Shown piece by piece: positions 31,968-43,325 of a DNA stretch of 64,000 bases. Source of the stretch: Candidatus Poribacteria bacterium. GTDB taxonomy: Bacteria; Poribacteria; WGA-4E; PCPOR2b. Every line of letters starts with the position of its first letter. Position 1 is the first letter of the stretch. The stretch lies in contig OZ244587.1 of the NCBI GenBank assembly GCA_965218095.1, forward strand, positions 3,296,001 to 3,360,000, in the 5' to 3' direction. The notes beneath the pieces are model-generated. The model was not told the DNA's origin and did not search any database. It saw only the letters and a program-made list of their open reading frames with translations. A program made the position numbers and the translations under genes.

Positions 31968-34336
31968 ATGCCAATGAAGGAAATAGAGCTCCCAATCACA
32001 TCACTGCACGCGGCGTTTCAAACAGCCTTCGCAAAGCAGCCGGTCATTATTACAGCCCTCACCGGCAGTGGAAAGTCCACAATGGTCCCGCTCTGGTGCG
32101 CAGAATTGTCAGAAGTCCCGATCCTGGTTATGGAGCCGCGTCGCATCGCGTGCCGTTCACTTACCCGTTAGCTCTCAAAACTCTGGGGGGACCCGCTAGG
32201 AACTTCAGTCGGTTACACAGTGAGGTTTGAGGATGTTAGTTCTGAAGCAACCCGCATCCGATTTGTGACGCCGGGCGTTGCGTTACGCTATGCAGCTAAC
32301 GGAGAACTTGACAGGTACGAGACAATCATACTTGACGAATTTCATGAACGTGGGCTGGAATCTGATCTCTTTCTGGCGATTTGTCAAAAAAAGCACGCAG
32401 GTGCCCGGCTCGTCGTGATGTCTGCGACAATAGATGCTCCGCGACTCGGTCGATTCATCGGTGGGGAATCGCTATCCGCAGAAGGAAGGGGCTGCCCGGT
32501 TGATATGCGTTACCTTGGTGATGTTACTGTCCCTACGTCGTGGCGGTTGGCGGAGCGTGTGGAGCGTGGTGTACATCGAGCGTTGAGAGAAACAGATGGA
32601 AACATATTGGTCTTCTTGCCGGGCAAGAAGGAAATTTCCGCGTGTCTGGATCAACTACGCTGTCTGAGAAATGTGGATGTTTTGCCGTTGCACGGCGATC
32701 TGCCAACGGCGGAACAGGATCGGGTTTTTGAGGAAACCTCACGCTGTCGCGTCATTTTGGCAACGAATGTCGCCGAAACTTCCGTCACACTGCCGGGCAT
32801 AACGGCGGTTGTAGATTCGGGCTTAGTGCGTCAGCGCATCCATCAGGCATAACGGGGTGTTCTGGCGTTATGTTCCATATCGCAAGCCTCGGCTGAACAA
32901 CGACGCGGACGGGCGGGAAGGCTGATGCCGGGTGTCTGCTTCCGGCTGTGGGAAGCACACGGACACCTCGAAACGGAGACACCACCTGAGCTCATACGGG
33001 AAGATTTGGCGCAATTTGTGGCGGTTGCCGCAGCGGGATTTTGTCCGCAGGACCTGGAATTTCTTGATGCACCGCCGGCTTTCGCCGTTGAACGCGCCCA
33101 AGAACAATTGAAGCGATGGGGCGTCCTCTCTCAGGAAGAGGTTCTGACGGATTTTGGGCGGAAGCTGTCCTTACTCCCTGTAGACGTTTCCTATGCACGG
33201 TTGCTGGTCAAGGCGCCGTCTGCTATTCGCCGCTTGTGGACCTGATTGCGACACTGGAACATCCTGCACCGTTGTGGCGGAGATTGGATGTGCTTCCATC
33301 GGTTGAGACCGCAGCCATTTCTGAAGCACGACGGAAGGATTTAGTGCGATCTCATTGTGATGCCACCGCGATGATTCTGACGTTGCGGTGCGGCAACCCC
33401 AAACGTCATTATCTTCACGGTGCGGCTGTCGCAGAATGCCGACGAGTTGCTTCTCAACTCCGCTCGCTCTTTGGCTTACCTTCCCTTGACGGAGATCAAG
33501 CGCCTGCTCAACCGGATCGGCCTGCACTGATACGCTATCTGTTGCGGGAATGGTCGGATTGCGCTTACGTCCGACGGCGCAAAGGGGATGCGTGGGGGAA
33601 TAGTCAGGACGAGGTGCTGTTGGATGCCAGTTCACTGATTCGCCCGGAAACAAATGCTGCGTTCATTCTCGAAAGAGAAGGGCTTGCAAAAGGGATGCGG
33701 GTTCAACTCTTGGGGCGTACTGCTCTCCCCTGTACCTTTGCGGATTTATAGGCAGCCGGATTAGGGATGCTGCATTTGAAGGAACCGAAAGTTAGTTGGA
33801 GATGAAGTAATTGGGGAGGTTAGCTTCGTATACGCCGGTCGAGAAATTGGACGCGAACGCCAACCTTTGACCGGTGCGCTGCTCAGAGCGGCTGTCGCAG
33901 ATCTTATCCTTTCAGGAAGGCTCTTCCCGAAGTTGGGAGAGCGCCTGATTGAGCGTATCAACACTTATAATCTCTATGCTGCGATAAAAAGGATATGGTT
34001 GGTGTGGAACCTCGTGCGTGGCTACTTTCACACCTCGCCGATTGGGGCGTCGAGGCTGAACAGGATTGGCTGTTGTTGTCGCCTGATGATTTTTCATTTA
34101 CGCTGATTGATGAAGAAACATTCGCAGAAATCAACAGAAGTTACCCGCAGAGGTTCTCCATGAATGGCGCAAAGTTCCGTGTTGAATATAAACCGCGGGA
34201 ACGGTTGGTTACGCTGAAGTGGGTTAGTGGCGTTCGGCAGCCACTCCTGAGCCCGTGGATGCTGCCCTATTGGGACGGTTGGAAGGTACAAGCTGATATT
34301 CGTGGGCAACTGAGAACGCTGCGTCCTGAGAATTGA
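31968..34336 (+). pseudogene. hrpB: HrpB-like DEAH ATP-dependent RNA helicase pseudogene
   Basis: TGSGKST, EPRRIAC, VGYTVRFE, ILDEFHER, MSAT, LATNVAETSVT, QRRGRAGR; in-frame TAG (32169), TAA (32850), TAG (33749) plus frameshifts. Confidence 0.88.
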
Positions 34337-34567
34337 GCTTGAACTTTCTCAGGGGAATGATTTCACTGACCTGTACTACAAGTTTTCAGCGATTGACGTC
34401 TCGGCGCTCAGAATGAAAACCATGAAACTGCTGCGATTTGAGTCGCGTTAAAGAATTTGCCGGATAGTATGTCATTCAAGAATGAGTCGGTTATTGTCAA
34501 CAAAATTTTTCAGTGGAAAACACGGGTGCTAGATAGAATTTTCCAAAGCGGGTTGAAAACAAAACGC

Positions 34568-34596
34568 TTGCTTCAATTCTGCATCTGTGCTATACT
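34568..34596 (+). promoter_or_regulatory. Sigma70-type promoter candidate for the M23 peptidase
   Basis: TTGCTT-N17-TATACT with extended -10 TG. Confidence 0.45.
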
Positions 34597-34778
34597 ATTA
34601 CTTCATCTTTCGCTGTTTTGGATCGTGAGTTTTTTAAGGGATGACCCACAAGATCTGATATGAATAGATGCGGATTCGGAAAAAATAAGCGAACGGTGGG
34701 TATCACGGTTTATCATCATAAAATAAGTAAACTCCAAATCGCAACAGTTAGGCGGCAGCCTAAGAATGTCACTGTAAT

Positions 34779-35750
34779 ATGAGGGGGAATTCGTTGAAAA
34801 ACATATACACGGTTGTAATTATGTCATCCGCTCAAGATTCAGTACGCCAATTCTCGGTTGGACATTGGTCCTTGCTGTTCTTATGTCTTTTATTTCTTAT
34901 GACAATCGGTGCCGCTGCCATAGGCGTTGGCTATGGTATCCGCTACAAGACCGAGTTACAAGATGAAATCGCAGCCAACAAACAGCTTGGGAAAAAAGTT
35001 GAAAGGTATGATGAAGAAATGCGGGGCATCCAGAAAGAAATGCGAGATGTCCGTGAAATGGCAGGGACGGTGCGTCATGCTTTAGGCTTTGATCGAGAGA
35101 AAGGTATCATTGGGCAAGGAGGGGACGGTTTCGACGCTGAGGAAGTTAACCATAATGAACAGACAAATTCGATTTCCGAAACCCAACCTGCTATTATGGC
35201 TATCCATACCGATCTCAGCGGTGATTCTCCAATCGCTCGAATTGTCCAGTTAAAAAGCGAGATCGAACCGATCTATAGACACGTAAAAAGCAATATCAAA
35301 GAGGTCAGTGAAAAACCCTTGATTTTGCCGATCGACGTGCCAACCGATAGCGAAACGCCGTTGTACTGGTATTCCTCCCTGTTTGGATGGCGGCCACATC
35401 CGCTAACGAAAAAACGTCACTTTCATCGTGGATTGGACATTTCGACCCGTAAGGGAACCCCGGTGATTGCCACAGCTAATGGTGTTGTTACTCAAGCCGA
35501 GTATGACCGATATCTGGGAAATATGGTTCAGATAACACATCAGTCCACACAGACAAAGACGCTATACGGACACCTGAAAAAGCACGCTGATGGCATTCGT
35601 GTTGGGAAAAAAGTAAAGCGCGGTGAAACTATCGGTTACGTGGGAAATACCGGCAAAAGCACAGGCACTCATTTGCATTACGGCGTCTATACCAAAGGCA
35701 AGTGGCAGAATCCGAAGAACTACATCTTTGATGATTCTCAGGTTCGTTAG
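34779..35750 (+). CDS. Membrane-anchored M23 family metallopeptidase (murein endopeptidase)
   Basis: TM helix, coiled coil, HRGLD, YGHL, STGTHLHY. Confidence 0.92.
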   Translation: MRGNSLKNIYTVVIMSSAQDSVRQFSVGHWSLLFLCLLFLMTIGAAAIGVGYGIRYKTELQDEIAANKQLGKKVERYDEEMRGIQKEMRDVREMAGTVRHALGFDREKGIIGQGGDGFDAEEVNHNEQTNSISETQPAIMAIHTDLSGDSPIARIVQLKSEIEPIYRHVKSNIKEVSEKPLILPIDVPTDSETPLYWYSSLFGWRPHPLTKKRHFHRGLDISTRKGTPVIATANGVVTQAEYDRYLGNMVQITHQSTQTKTLYGHLKKHADGIRVGKKVKRGETIGYVGNTGKSTGTHLHYGVYTKGKWQNPKNYIFDDSQVR

Positions 35751-36543
35751 ACCATACAAAATTTGAGGCTCCTGAGATTTTCGCAACTTGGTGTGACGCC
35801 AGAACTGGTGAGCGATTGCGCCACAGGCGCGATAAAAATGCTCCGAGACTCAGCCACCAAGCGAGTTGTCGACAATCGGCACGGCTCCTGCGCACTCAAC
35901 GGTGGAACCGCCGAACAGGGTCGGAATTTTGGGATAAAACCTCACAGCGGCGAGTCGGGAACGGAGTCAACAAGAAGATTGGGAGAGACCGCATTGAACT
36001 GAAATTCCCTTCTTTTAGTCACCACAGCGATTTCTTATACGATATTTCTATAATGAATCGGGCATTCCCTTGTTACATCGTATATTACGTTGGGAAAGCC
36101 CGTTTTCTATTTAACGAAGATTTTCACAATTCAAATGTATTTTTAGCAGTGTCAGTTTGCGCGACGATCTTGCTTAAACTTAAACCCATTATCATTCGCA
36201 ACGTCCAATTTTTTATCAATCCGAACCTTCCTTCCAGTGAATCCCATATCGATTATCAAATCACATTGAAATTTCATCAAGTTGAAGGTTATATTGGTGG
36301 ATTCACAGTCTCATTCCACAAATCACGCTTCTTCTTCAAAAAACGATCAATCAGATTCAACCTCACAAGAACGGTGGACACCCTTGTTTTGCGTTTTACG
36401 TTAAAATCCTGGAAACGTAATTGGAGGGTCGGCATATGAAGAACCCATTTCGGCAGTTTCTGGTTCGTTCTGCATTCGGAATGTTAAAGATAGGCACCAG
36501 GTTGAACTGGGCAATTTGCCTCATTTCCCCATCGTGCCCACAC

Positions 36544-37938
36544 ATGAAGTGGGAGCACCGTTTTCTCGTCCTTTCTCTCCTCATCACGGATCTGTGCTCG
36601 GGTGGAATTTCAGCGGAGTGGATAAAGGATACGAATCAAAACATGCCGGTCTGCACTGCAAAGGATGAGCAGCATTTTCCCGACCTGATTTCCGATGGTC
36701 ACGGTGGCATCATCGTTGCTTGGCAAGATGTAAGAAACAAAAATCGGGATGTCTTCGCGCAGCGGGTCAGTGAAGATGGCGAGATGCTTTGGGGGAATGA
36801 TGGCGTTCCTGTTTGTAATCTGACCAGTCCACAAGTCGTGCCTATTGTTGTGACCGACGCACAGGGGGGCGCAAGCATTGTCTTTGGAGATTCTCGTCAC
36901 GGAAACCAGGACATCTACGCGCAGCGGATCGACGCTAAGGGTAAGTTGCTTTGGGATAAAGATAGCATTCCCGTCTGCGTAGAAACTTCGCAGCAGGGCG
37001 ATGTCAAAGCCATTTCCGATGGGCGAGGGGGTATGATCGTCGTGTGGGAAGATTGGCGGAATGAAAATCAAGATATCTATGCCCAACGGATCAGCAGCGA
37101 TGGAAAGCCGGCCTGGAAGGTGAATGGCGTTCCTGTCTATCGAGGGGACGGCGATCAGTATGACCCTTTTTTGACGACAGATGAAAACGGTGGCGCAATC
37201 ATCGTCTGGTGGGACATCAGCACACCGGATTGGAACATCTTCGTTCAACGCATCAATGCCGCGGGAGAACCTGTTTGGGGAACTGAAGGCGTTCCTGTAT
37301 GTACAGCCCTCGGCAATCAAGGCGGTCCATTCATTGTCGCTGATGGTTCAGGCGGTGCGTTTGTTGTCTGGTCGGACTATCGCAACGATCCAAATATCTA
37401 TACCAGCGCAGATCTTTACGCCCAGCGAATCAATTCCGACGGACAACCGTTGTGGAAAAACGACGGAATCAGTATCTGTAACGATCCGTCAAATCAACAG
37501 CAACCAGAGGGCATCAGCGACGGCATGGGCGGGGTGATTGTTGTCTGGTGGGATGATCGCGATATTTTCTCCGACATTTACGCGCAGCGAATCCGTCCGG
37601 ACGGGACCCTGGCGTGGGAGATTAACGGGATCCCAATATGCGTTGCGGGAGGCGTGCAGCGTGAGCCGCGCCTTGTCTCCGACGGTTCACGAGGAGCTGT
37701 TGTCTACTGGATGGATTATCGCGACGATTACGGGGATGTCACCGTTGATGCGATTTATGCCCAACGGATCAACGCAAGCGGCAAATCCCTTTGGGCGTTC
37801 AACGGTATCCCTGTATGCATGGCTGACGGGGCTCAGAGGACGCCGCGTGCGATTTCCAATGGTAACGGTGGTGCTTTTGTTGTTTGGGGTGATCAACGGA
37901 ACGAAGATCCGGACATATATCTCCATCAGATTCCTTGA
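36544..37938 (+). CDS. Secreted repeat (beta-propeller-like) protein
   Basis: Signal-like N-terminus; about 8 repeats of ~57 aa: Q..P....DG.GG.IVVW.D.R....DIYAQRI...G...W...G.PVC; start could lie further upstream (36421/36436). Confidence 0.85.
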   Translation: MKWEHRFLVLSLLITDLCSGGISAEWIKDTNQNMPVCTAKDEQHFPDLISDGHGGIIVAWQDVRNKNRDVFAQRVSEDGEMLWGNDGVPVCNLTSPQVVPIVVTDAQGGASIVFGDSRHGNQDIYAQRIDAKGKLLWDKDSIPVCVETSQQGDVKAISDGRGGMIVVWEDWRNENQDIYAQRISSDGKPAWKVNGVPVYRGDGDQYDPFLTTDENGGAIIVWWDISTPDWNIFVQRINAAGEPVWGTEGVPVCTALGNQGGPFIVADGSGGAFVVWSDYRNDPNIYTSADLYAQRINSDGQPLWKNDGISICNDPSNQQQPEGISDGMGGVIVVWWDDRDIFSDIYAQRIRPDGTLAWEINGIPICVAGGVQREPRLVSDGSRGAVVYWMDYRDDYGDVTVDAIYAQRINASGKSLWAFNGIPVCMADGAQRTPRAISNGNGGAFVVWGDQRNEDPDIYLHQIP

Positions 37939-38065
37939 GCTTCGTGAGAAATTTTTGTGCTGCACAGCTAGGCTTGGTGAACAAAAACTCCACCGCCGAA
38001 GTCGGACGGTAAAATTCTGACCACGAAACCTAGGAGATGGTAAATTTCTGGATTCGTTGATTCGT

Positions 38066-39865
38066 CTATTTTTTGGCACGAAAGACGCCACTGCCGTTGG
38101 TCCCTGCATAGAGCATCTTCCCGGAAGCCACCAATGCTGTGACACTCGGATTTGTCAATCCCGCGTTGACAGACAGCCAAATATTTCCCCCATCCCCAGA
38201 CTGAAAGATTCCACTGCCCAAAGAGCCCGCGTAAAGGGTCGTTCCGGAAGCCACCAAAGATCTGATGTCGGGATTCGTCAATCCTGTGTTAATCGGTGCC
38301 CACGTATCGCCGCCATCCTCAGAACGAAAAACTCCGCTGTCCAAGGTGCCCGCATAGAGCGCCATATCCACAGCCAACAGTGCATAGATGTCTGCCTTTG
38401 TCAACTCCGTTTTGACCCAGGTGTTTCCCCTATCTTCGGAACGAAAGACCCCACCGCCCAGTGTGCTCACATACACTACTTTGCCCAAAACCGCAAAAGA
38501 CGTCACACTAAAACTGATCAACCCGGTGTTGACCCAGGTGTTTTTCTGTTTGTCAAAACGAAAAACACCGCCGTCGGTGCCTGCATAGAGTGTGGTGTCC
38601 AAAACCCACAATGCGTAGATACTAAAATTCGTCAAGCCCATTTCTATCCATATCCGCCCTCTGTCCTCAGAACGAAAGACCCCATTCCCTAGTGTACTTA
38701 CATAGAGCCTCCCGTTTGAAGCGACCAACGAAAAAACATCGGGACTAGCCAAGCCGGTGTTGATCCATGTGTCCCCTCTATCTTTGGAACGAAAAACCCC
38801 GCTGCCCAAAGTGCTCGCATAGAGCATTGTATCATCAATTACCAGAGAGGTGACCTGGGGGGACGTTAAGCCTGTACTGACTTGTGTCCAAGTAGCGCCG
38901 CCATCTTCGGAACGAAAAATTCCACTGCCACTGGTGCCTGCATAGAGCGCGGTGTCCAGAACCAATAATGAGAAAATATTGGTTCTGGACAATCCGGTAT
39001 TGATCGCGTGCCAGGTGTCCTTCTCACTCCCTAATCGAAAAATACCACCGGAGGTCGCCACATAGAGGTTTATATCCAGAAACGAAAACGACCAAATGCT
39101 GAGATTCAGTAATCCCATATTGCGCCAGGTCTCCTGCGCCGCATCGTAGCGAAAAACCCCCTTCATATCACTACCCGCATAGAGCGTCCCCTCAGAAACC
39201 GCCAAAGACATGACATCAACATCTGTCAACCCTGTGTTGCGCCAGGTATTCCCTTCATCGTCCGAGCGATAAACTCCGCCCCCCAAAGTGCCCGCGTAAA
39301 GCGCGGTGTCCCAGATCGATAACGCCAAAACGCTTGTGTGTCTCAATCCCATGTTGACTTGGGTCCAGGTATCTCCTCCATCTTCAGAGCGATAGACCCC
39401 ACCACGCAAAGTGCCTGCGTAGAGCGTCGTGTCCAAAGCAGACAATGCCCTGACGTCGGGACTCATCAATCCCGTGTTGACTTGGGTCCAGGCGTCCCCC
39501 GCATCCACCGACCGAAAAACCCCGCTCGGCGTGCCTGCATAGAGCGTTGCGTCCACGACCAACAGTGCAGTGATATTATGATTCTTCAAGCCTGTGTTGA
39601 TCGGTTTCCAGGTCTGCCCTCCATCCTTGGAACGGAAAACTCCGCCCAGAATGCCGGCATAAAGTGTACCGTTGGCGGTCGCCCGGAGGACGCGGATTTC
39701 ACCGCCGTAGGGACCATTTGTCTGCTCCCATATCAACCCCCTTGCGGAGGAGGATAACGTGCCACGGAGGAAACCGCAACTTTGACAACTGAGTAACGCG
39801 ACTATCAACGCAAAGATATGGACAGCGCGTCCTGCCTGTCGCAGCAAAAAATCGAAGTGTACCAT
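38066..39865 (-). CDS. BNR/Asp-box (WD40/YVTN-like) beta-propeller, probable lipoprotein
   Basis: GPYGGEI followed by about 14 repeats of ~39 aa LYAGT.GGGVFRS.DGG.TW...NTGL; LLSC lipobox-like. Confidence 0.88.
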   Translation of the reverse strand: MVHFDFLLRQAGRAVHIFALIVALLSCQSCGFLRGTLSSSARGLIWEQTNGPYGGEIRVLRATANGTLYAGILGGVFRSKDGGQTWKPINTGLKNHNITALLVVDATLYAGTPSGVFRSVDAGDAWTQVNTGLMSPDVRALSALDTTLYAGTLRGGVYRSEDGGDTWTQVNMGLRHTSVLALSIWDTALYAGTLGGGVYRSDDEGNTWRNTGLTDVDVMSLAVSEGTLYAGSDMKGVFRYDAAQETWRNMGLLNLSIWSFSFLDINLYVATSGGIFRLGSEKDTWHAINTGLSRTNIFSLLVLDTALYAGTSGSGIFRSEDGGATWTQVSTGLTSPQVTSLVIDDTMLYASTLGSGVFRSKDRGDTWINTGLASPDVFSLVASNGRLYVSTLGNGVFRSEDRGRIWIEMGLTNFSIYALWVLDTTLYAGTDGGVFRFDKQKNTWVNTGLISFSVTSFAVLGKVVYVSTLGGGVFRSEDRGNTWVKTELTKADIYALLAVDMALYAGTLDSGVFRSEDGGDTWAPINTGLTNPDIRSLVASGTTLYAGSLGSGIFQSGDGGNIWLSVNAGLTNPSVTALVASGKMLYAGTNGSGVFRAKK

Positions 39866-40209
39866 CGTTTTTAGCCTATTTCTACATCTGAATTTTTTGT
39901 GATTTAACCTTGAATTTAGAGCGAACTTCTGTGACAATACTTACAGTTAAACCACTAATATCCTTGTAAAATAGTGTATTAGTGAGCACGATGGTTTACA
40001 CTTTTTTCACCGCCGAGGCGCAGAGAACACAGAGGGCGCCCCGAGTCAAGGTGGGCGATTCGTCCGCTTCTGTTCTCGTTTTCCTCGTTTTTTCAACTGT
40101 AAGCCATCACCTTGACCAATACAATCTTTGTAAAATAGGAGTGGATAATCAAGGGGGGTTTCAGGCAAAGATAGCTTTCTAACTCAACGCTGAAAGGAGA
40201 GAAACCACG

Positions 40210-40569
40210 ATGAGACAATTTGGAATCGCAATGCTAGTCGTAGTCTTATTTCTGTTTAGCTGTTCCCAAAAGCAAGACACATCGTCGGCGGGTTTAGCGG
40301 GGATCGCCGTCGCACCGGCGCTGGAAACGATAACGCTTGAAGTCGACGGCATCGCTTGAGGTGGGTGCGTCCATACAGTGCAGTTAGCACTGAAAGAAGT
40401 TCCGGGCGTTTCCTCGGTTCACATGGATATGACTACCAGAAAGGCCGTCGTTCAAGTTGAAAAGGGGAAGGCTACTGAAGATCAACTCGTGGATGCGATC
40501 AGTAACGCAAATGGCATGCACGAATATCGCGCAACTGTTGTTAAGCCAGACCCAAAATTTGGCGATTGA
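40210..40569 (+). CDS. Heavy-metal-associated (HMA, MerP/CopZ-like) lipoprotein; candidate selenoprotein with Sec at codon 50 (UGGC)
   Basis: AAGGAG RBS; lipobox LFSC; ITLEVDGIA-TGA-GGCVHTVQLALKEVPGV matches HMA 'GMxCxxC'; hairpin CAGTGC-AGTTA-GCACTG at 40376-40392. Confidence 0.85.
40376..40392 (+). promoter_or_regulatory. Putative bacterial SECIS hairpin
   Basis: 6-bp stem CAGTGC/GCACTG; loop AGTTA with G at position 2; loop begins 22 nt after the UGA. Confidence 0.65.
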
Positions 40570-40582
40570 GACCAACTCGTTA

Positions 40583-42016
40583 TTATAAATCCAGCCTATG
40601 CCGAGCCTCTTGTTGAGATACCGGTGTCAACGCATTGGACACTTTAAGTGTAATATATATCTCTTTCGAGTGGGGGTGAGACGCCAGAATCTCAACATTG
40701 ATGTGGTCTACATCAGCAATACTATCGCGGTGGTATTTAACCCAAGTTGCTAGTAATTGAAAATCCATGGGTTTTCCGTTAAAGTAGAGGTAATCCAAAC
40801 CATAATACCTCAAAGGAGAAACCCATGGACATCCAAATTGCAACCATTTTCTATCTCTGTGACAAGCTCTTAGAAGCACTCAACTCAAAACCACACCCAC
40901 AAACGCAGATGTCTGATGCCGAAGTGATGACCACCGGCATCGTCGCTGCGTTGTTCTTCGGGGCAAACTTGCAAACCACTTGTGACTTTCTAAAGACTCA
41001 TGGCTATATACCCAAGATGCTTTCAAAAAGTCGATTCAACCGACGACTTCATCGAATTAAACCGATGTTCACCACATTGTTCAAAATCTTGGGACGAAGC
41101 TATGTGCAACTTAATCAACAGAAAATCTATGCACTGGATACCATACCAATTGCTGTTTGTTCCGCATTCGTCGGTCAAAAATCTACACCGATAAGGCATA
41201 TCGAGGCTATCAAGCGTCCAAACGTCGGTATTTCTATGGCTTGAAAGTTCATCTGCTAGTGACTGCGAGTCGACACCCTGTTGAATTTTTTGTGACCCCA
41301 GCCAGTACAGGGGACGTTGAAGGGTTACAGTGGTTTGACTTCGACTTGCCACCGGGCTATGGTGACAAAGCATACAATAATTATGAGATAGAAGATATTG
41401 TTACATCAGTCGGAGTCGAATTAAAGCCAGTACGCAAGAAGAATTCCAAGCGGCTGTATCCACCATGGGAGACCTACTTGGCTAATTACCATCGTAAGTC
41501 TGTTGAGACGGCTGGCAGTTTGATTAACAAACTGCTTCCACGTTCAATCCATGCAGTAACGCAACACGGATTTGAATTGAAAGTGGTCTTGTTTGTATTG
41601 GCTAGCAGTATCAATCAGCTCTGAGTTCACTCACATATTCGATGAATAGGTCGCAACTTGGGTTATTTAAGAAAAAAATGAACCTAGTAGTCGATCTCCG
41701 TTTCACTCACACTCAATTGAATTTTACCATTGAACATGGTCATCGCCGCTCTCTCTGATGCCGAAAGTTGTTGATCTTTTTGGATAGCTAATTTGAAGGA
41801 GGCACTTCGATTAGAGATAATAAGTGACTCTATCAAATCCTCCTTTAGCTGACATAAACCCAGATACCAGTCTGCAACGGAATGAGCCCCAAAATCAATC
41901 AAAACTGATTTTTGATCGGCAAGATTCTCCACACGAATTTCAACAGGTAACTTCAAAAACATCTTCATTTGGACGTTTTGCAATATTTCCCCAGTTTCTG
42001 GATTCAGTTGTTCCAA
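40583..42016 (-). pseudogene. Hypothetical protein split by IS982 and carrying a TAG stop
   Basis: Removing the IS and one TSD gives the continuous frame ...SETEIDY*VHFFLKYHRDSIADVDHINVEIL...RHRLDL*. Confidence 0.7.
40740..41663 (+). mobile_element. IS982-family insertion sequence (924 bp) with a frameshifted transposase
   Basis: TIRs ACCCAAGTTGC / GCAACTTGGGT; TATTTA duplication at 40734-39 and 41664-69; MSDAEVMTT, LSKSRFNRRLH, YFYGLKVHL, GDKAY, RSIHAVT..GFELK; frameshift near 41160. Confidence 0.92.
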
Positions 42017-42158
42017 ATGAAGATGGTTATCTTTTAAATCTGCGGGTTTCGCCCTGTATTGCCACTGAACATCTTGACTGCGCTACTTTCCGGGTTCGAC
42101 CTCTACCGGATTTCTCCCCCATTTTTCTCTTGCCAGTGCCCTTGCTTCACGTCCATTC

Positions 42159-42611
42159 TCAAGTTTCCGCCCCAGATTTCGCCAACTTATCAACCTCTTT
42201 GAAGAATTTACCGATCGTCATCTTAGATGCTCCACCGATGATTCTCTGTCCCACACGGGCAAGTTTGCCGCCAACCGTCAATTCCCCGTCAAGTGCGACC
42301 GCTGTTTGATCCGTCTCGTTCTCCTCCAGGGTAAAATCACAAGCCCCCTTGAGAAACCCGATTTTGCTTTCACCTTGAACGACCAGGCGATACGCTGAAG
42401 GCGGCTGTTTATTCTCGATTTTCACTGAGCCTGTATACGTTCCTTTAATTGAGGCAATTCCTACCTTAATGGTCGCTTCAAAGGTATCGTCACCAAGCGG
42501 TTTAAGTTCTTCGCAACCGGGGATACATTGTTGTAAGAGTTCAGCCTCCGTAAAATACTCCCATACCTTTTCACGGGGGGCAGGTACTGTGTAATCGCCT
42601 TTGATCTGCAT
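42159..42611 (-). CDS. coxG: CoxG / SRPBCC-family accessory protein
   Basis: VPAPREKVW...LQQCIPGCE...VGGKLARVGQRII. Confidence 0.88.
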   Translation of the reverse strand: MQIKGDYTVPAPREKVWEYFTEAELLQQCIPGCEELKPLGDDTFEATIKVGIASIKGTYTGSVKIENKQPPSAYRLVVQGESKIGFLKGACDFTLEENETDQTAVALDGELTVGGKLARVGQRIIGGASKMTIGKFFKEVDKLAKSGAET

Positions 42612-43005
42612 TTCTTATTTCCTCATATTGTTAGTAAAGTTTACTTTGTCAAAAAGATTAATCAGTTTTACGGCGATCTTTTCCATAGTGCTTAAATGCC
42701 TCTGCCAGTCTTCTCCAATCGTCCTTGTCCTCGAATATTTCCTTTAGGAAAACCATATCATCAATCTCAACAAACTCGGGCCAGAAAAGCCTGCTATAGA
42801 AGAGCGCATAAAATCCGGATCCTTCTGCGTGAAGGAGGTCAGGTCAAAGAAGTTAAATCCCGTTGTATCACGATTTGAGTACATCGTATGAAGTCGTTTA
42901 ATCCATGACCTGACCAAAGCGAGCAGAATAGACATTCTCAATCTTGGTACCGGGCATTGTTAGAATGTCGTCTACAATTTTTTGAGCCACTGTGTTGATA
43001 TCGGA

Positions 43006-43121
43006 CTAGCACGTTGGCAGAAATAATTGAACAGTTGGAAGAAACCGAGTTTTTGCCAAAAACTCGGTTTCTAACCCCAACGGTTTCTAAATGGTAAAGG
43101 ACTTCCGCCACGCTGTACTAG
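43006..43121. mobile_element. MITE-like element bounded by CTAG, with an internal perfect palindrome
   Basis: CTAGCACGTTGGCAGAA...TTCCGCCACGCTGTACTAG imperfect TIRs; internal AGAAACCGAGTTTTT-GCC-AAAAACTCGGTTTCT. Confidence 0.65.
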
Positions 43122-43325
43122 CTACCTTTCGGTTGGCCAATTCCCGTGCTTCTGTAAAGCACGTCCCGCCTTAGTTAAGCCTCCACTTCGATCTGCTTGG
43201 TCGATAATGCGGGCACCATCAAATAACGCCCTTATTCAGTCTTTATTCACGATCCAAACCCTAACATGAATAAAACGTAAAACGCAAGGTATCACCTTTT
43301 ACGTTTTACGCATTACGATTCCTGA

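Noticed and set aside
31968-34336. Stop-codon read-through or an alternative genetic code in the HrpB gene
   Set aside because: The stops are of mixed type (TAG, TAA) and come with frameshifts; intact genes in the window end normally with TAG, TAA and TGA
35763-36439. ORFs between the M23 peptidase and the repeat protein
   Set aside because: No recognisable motifs and atypical composition; probably decayed intergenic DNA
38066-39700. Periodic ~117-nt repeats as a CRISPR array
   Set aside because: They are coding BNR repeats with codon-position variation and no unique spacers
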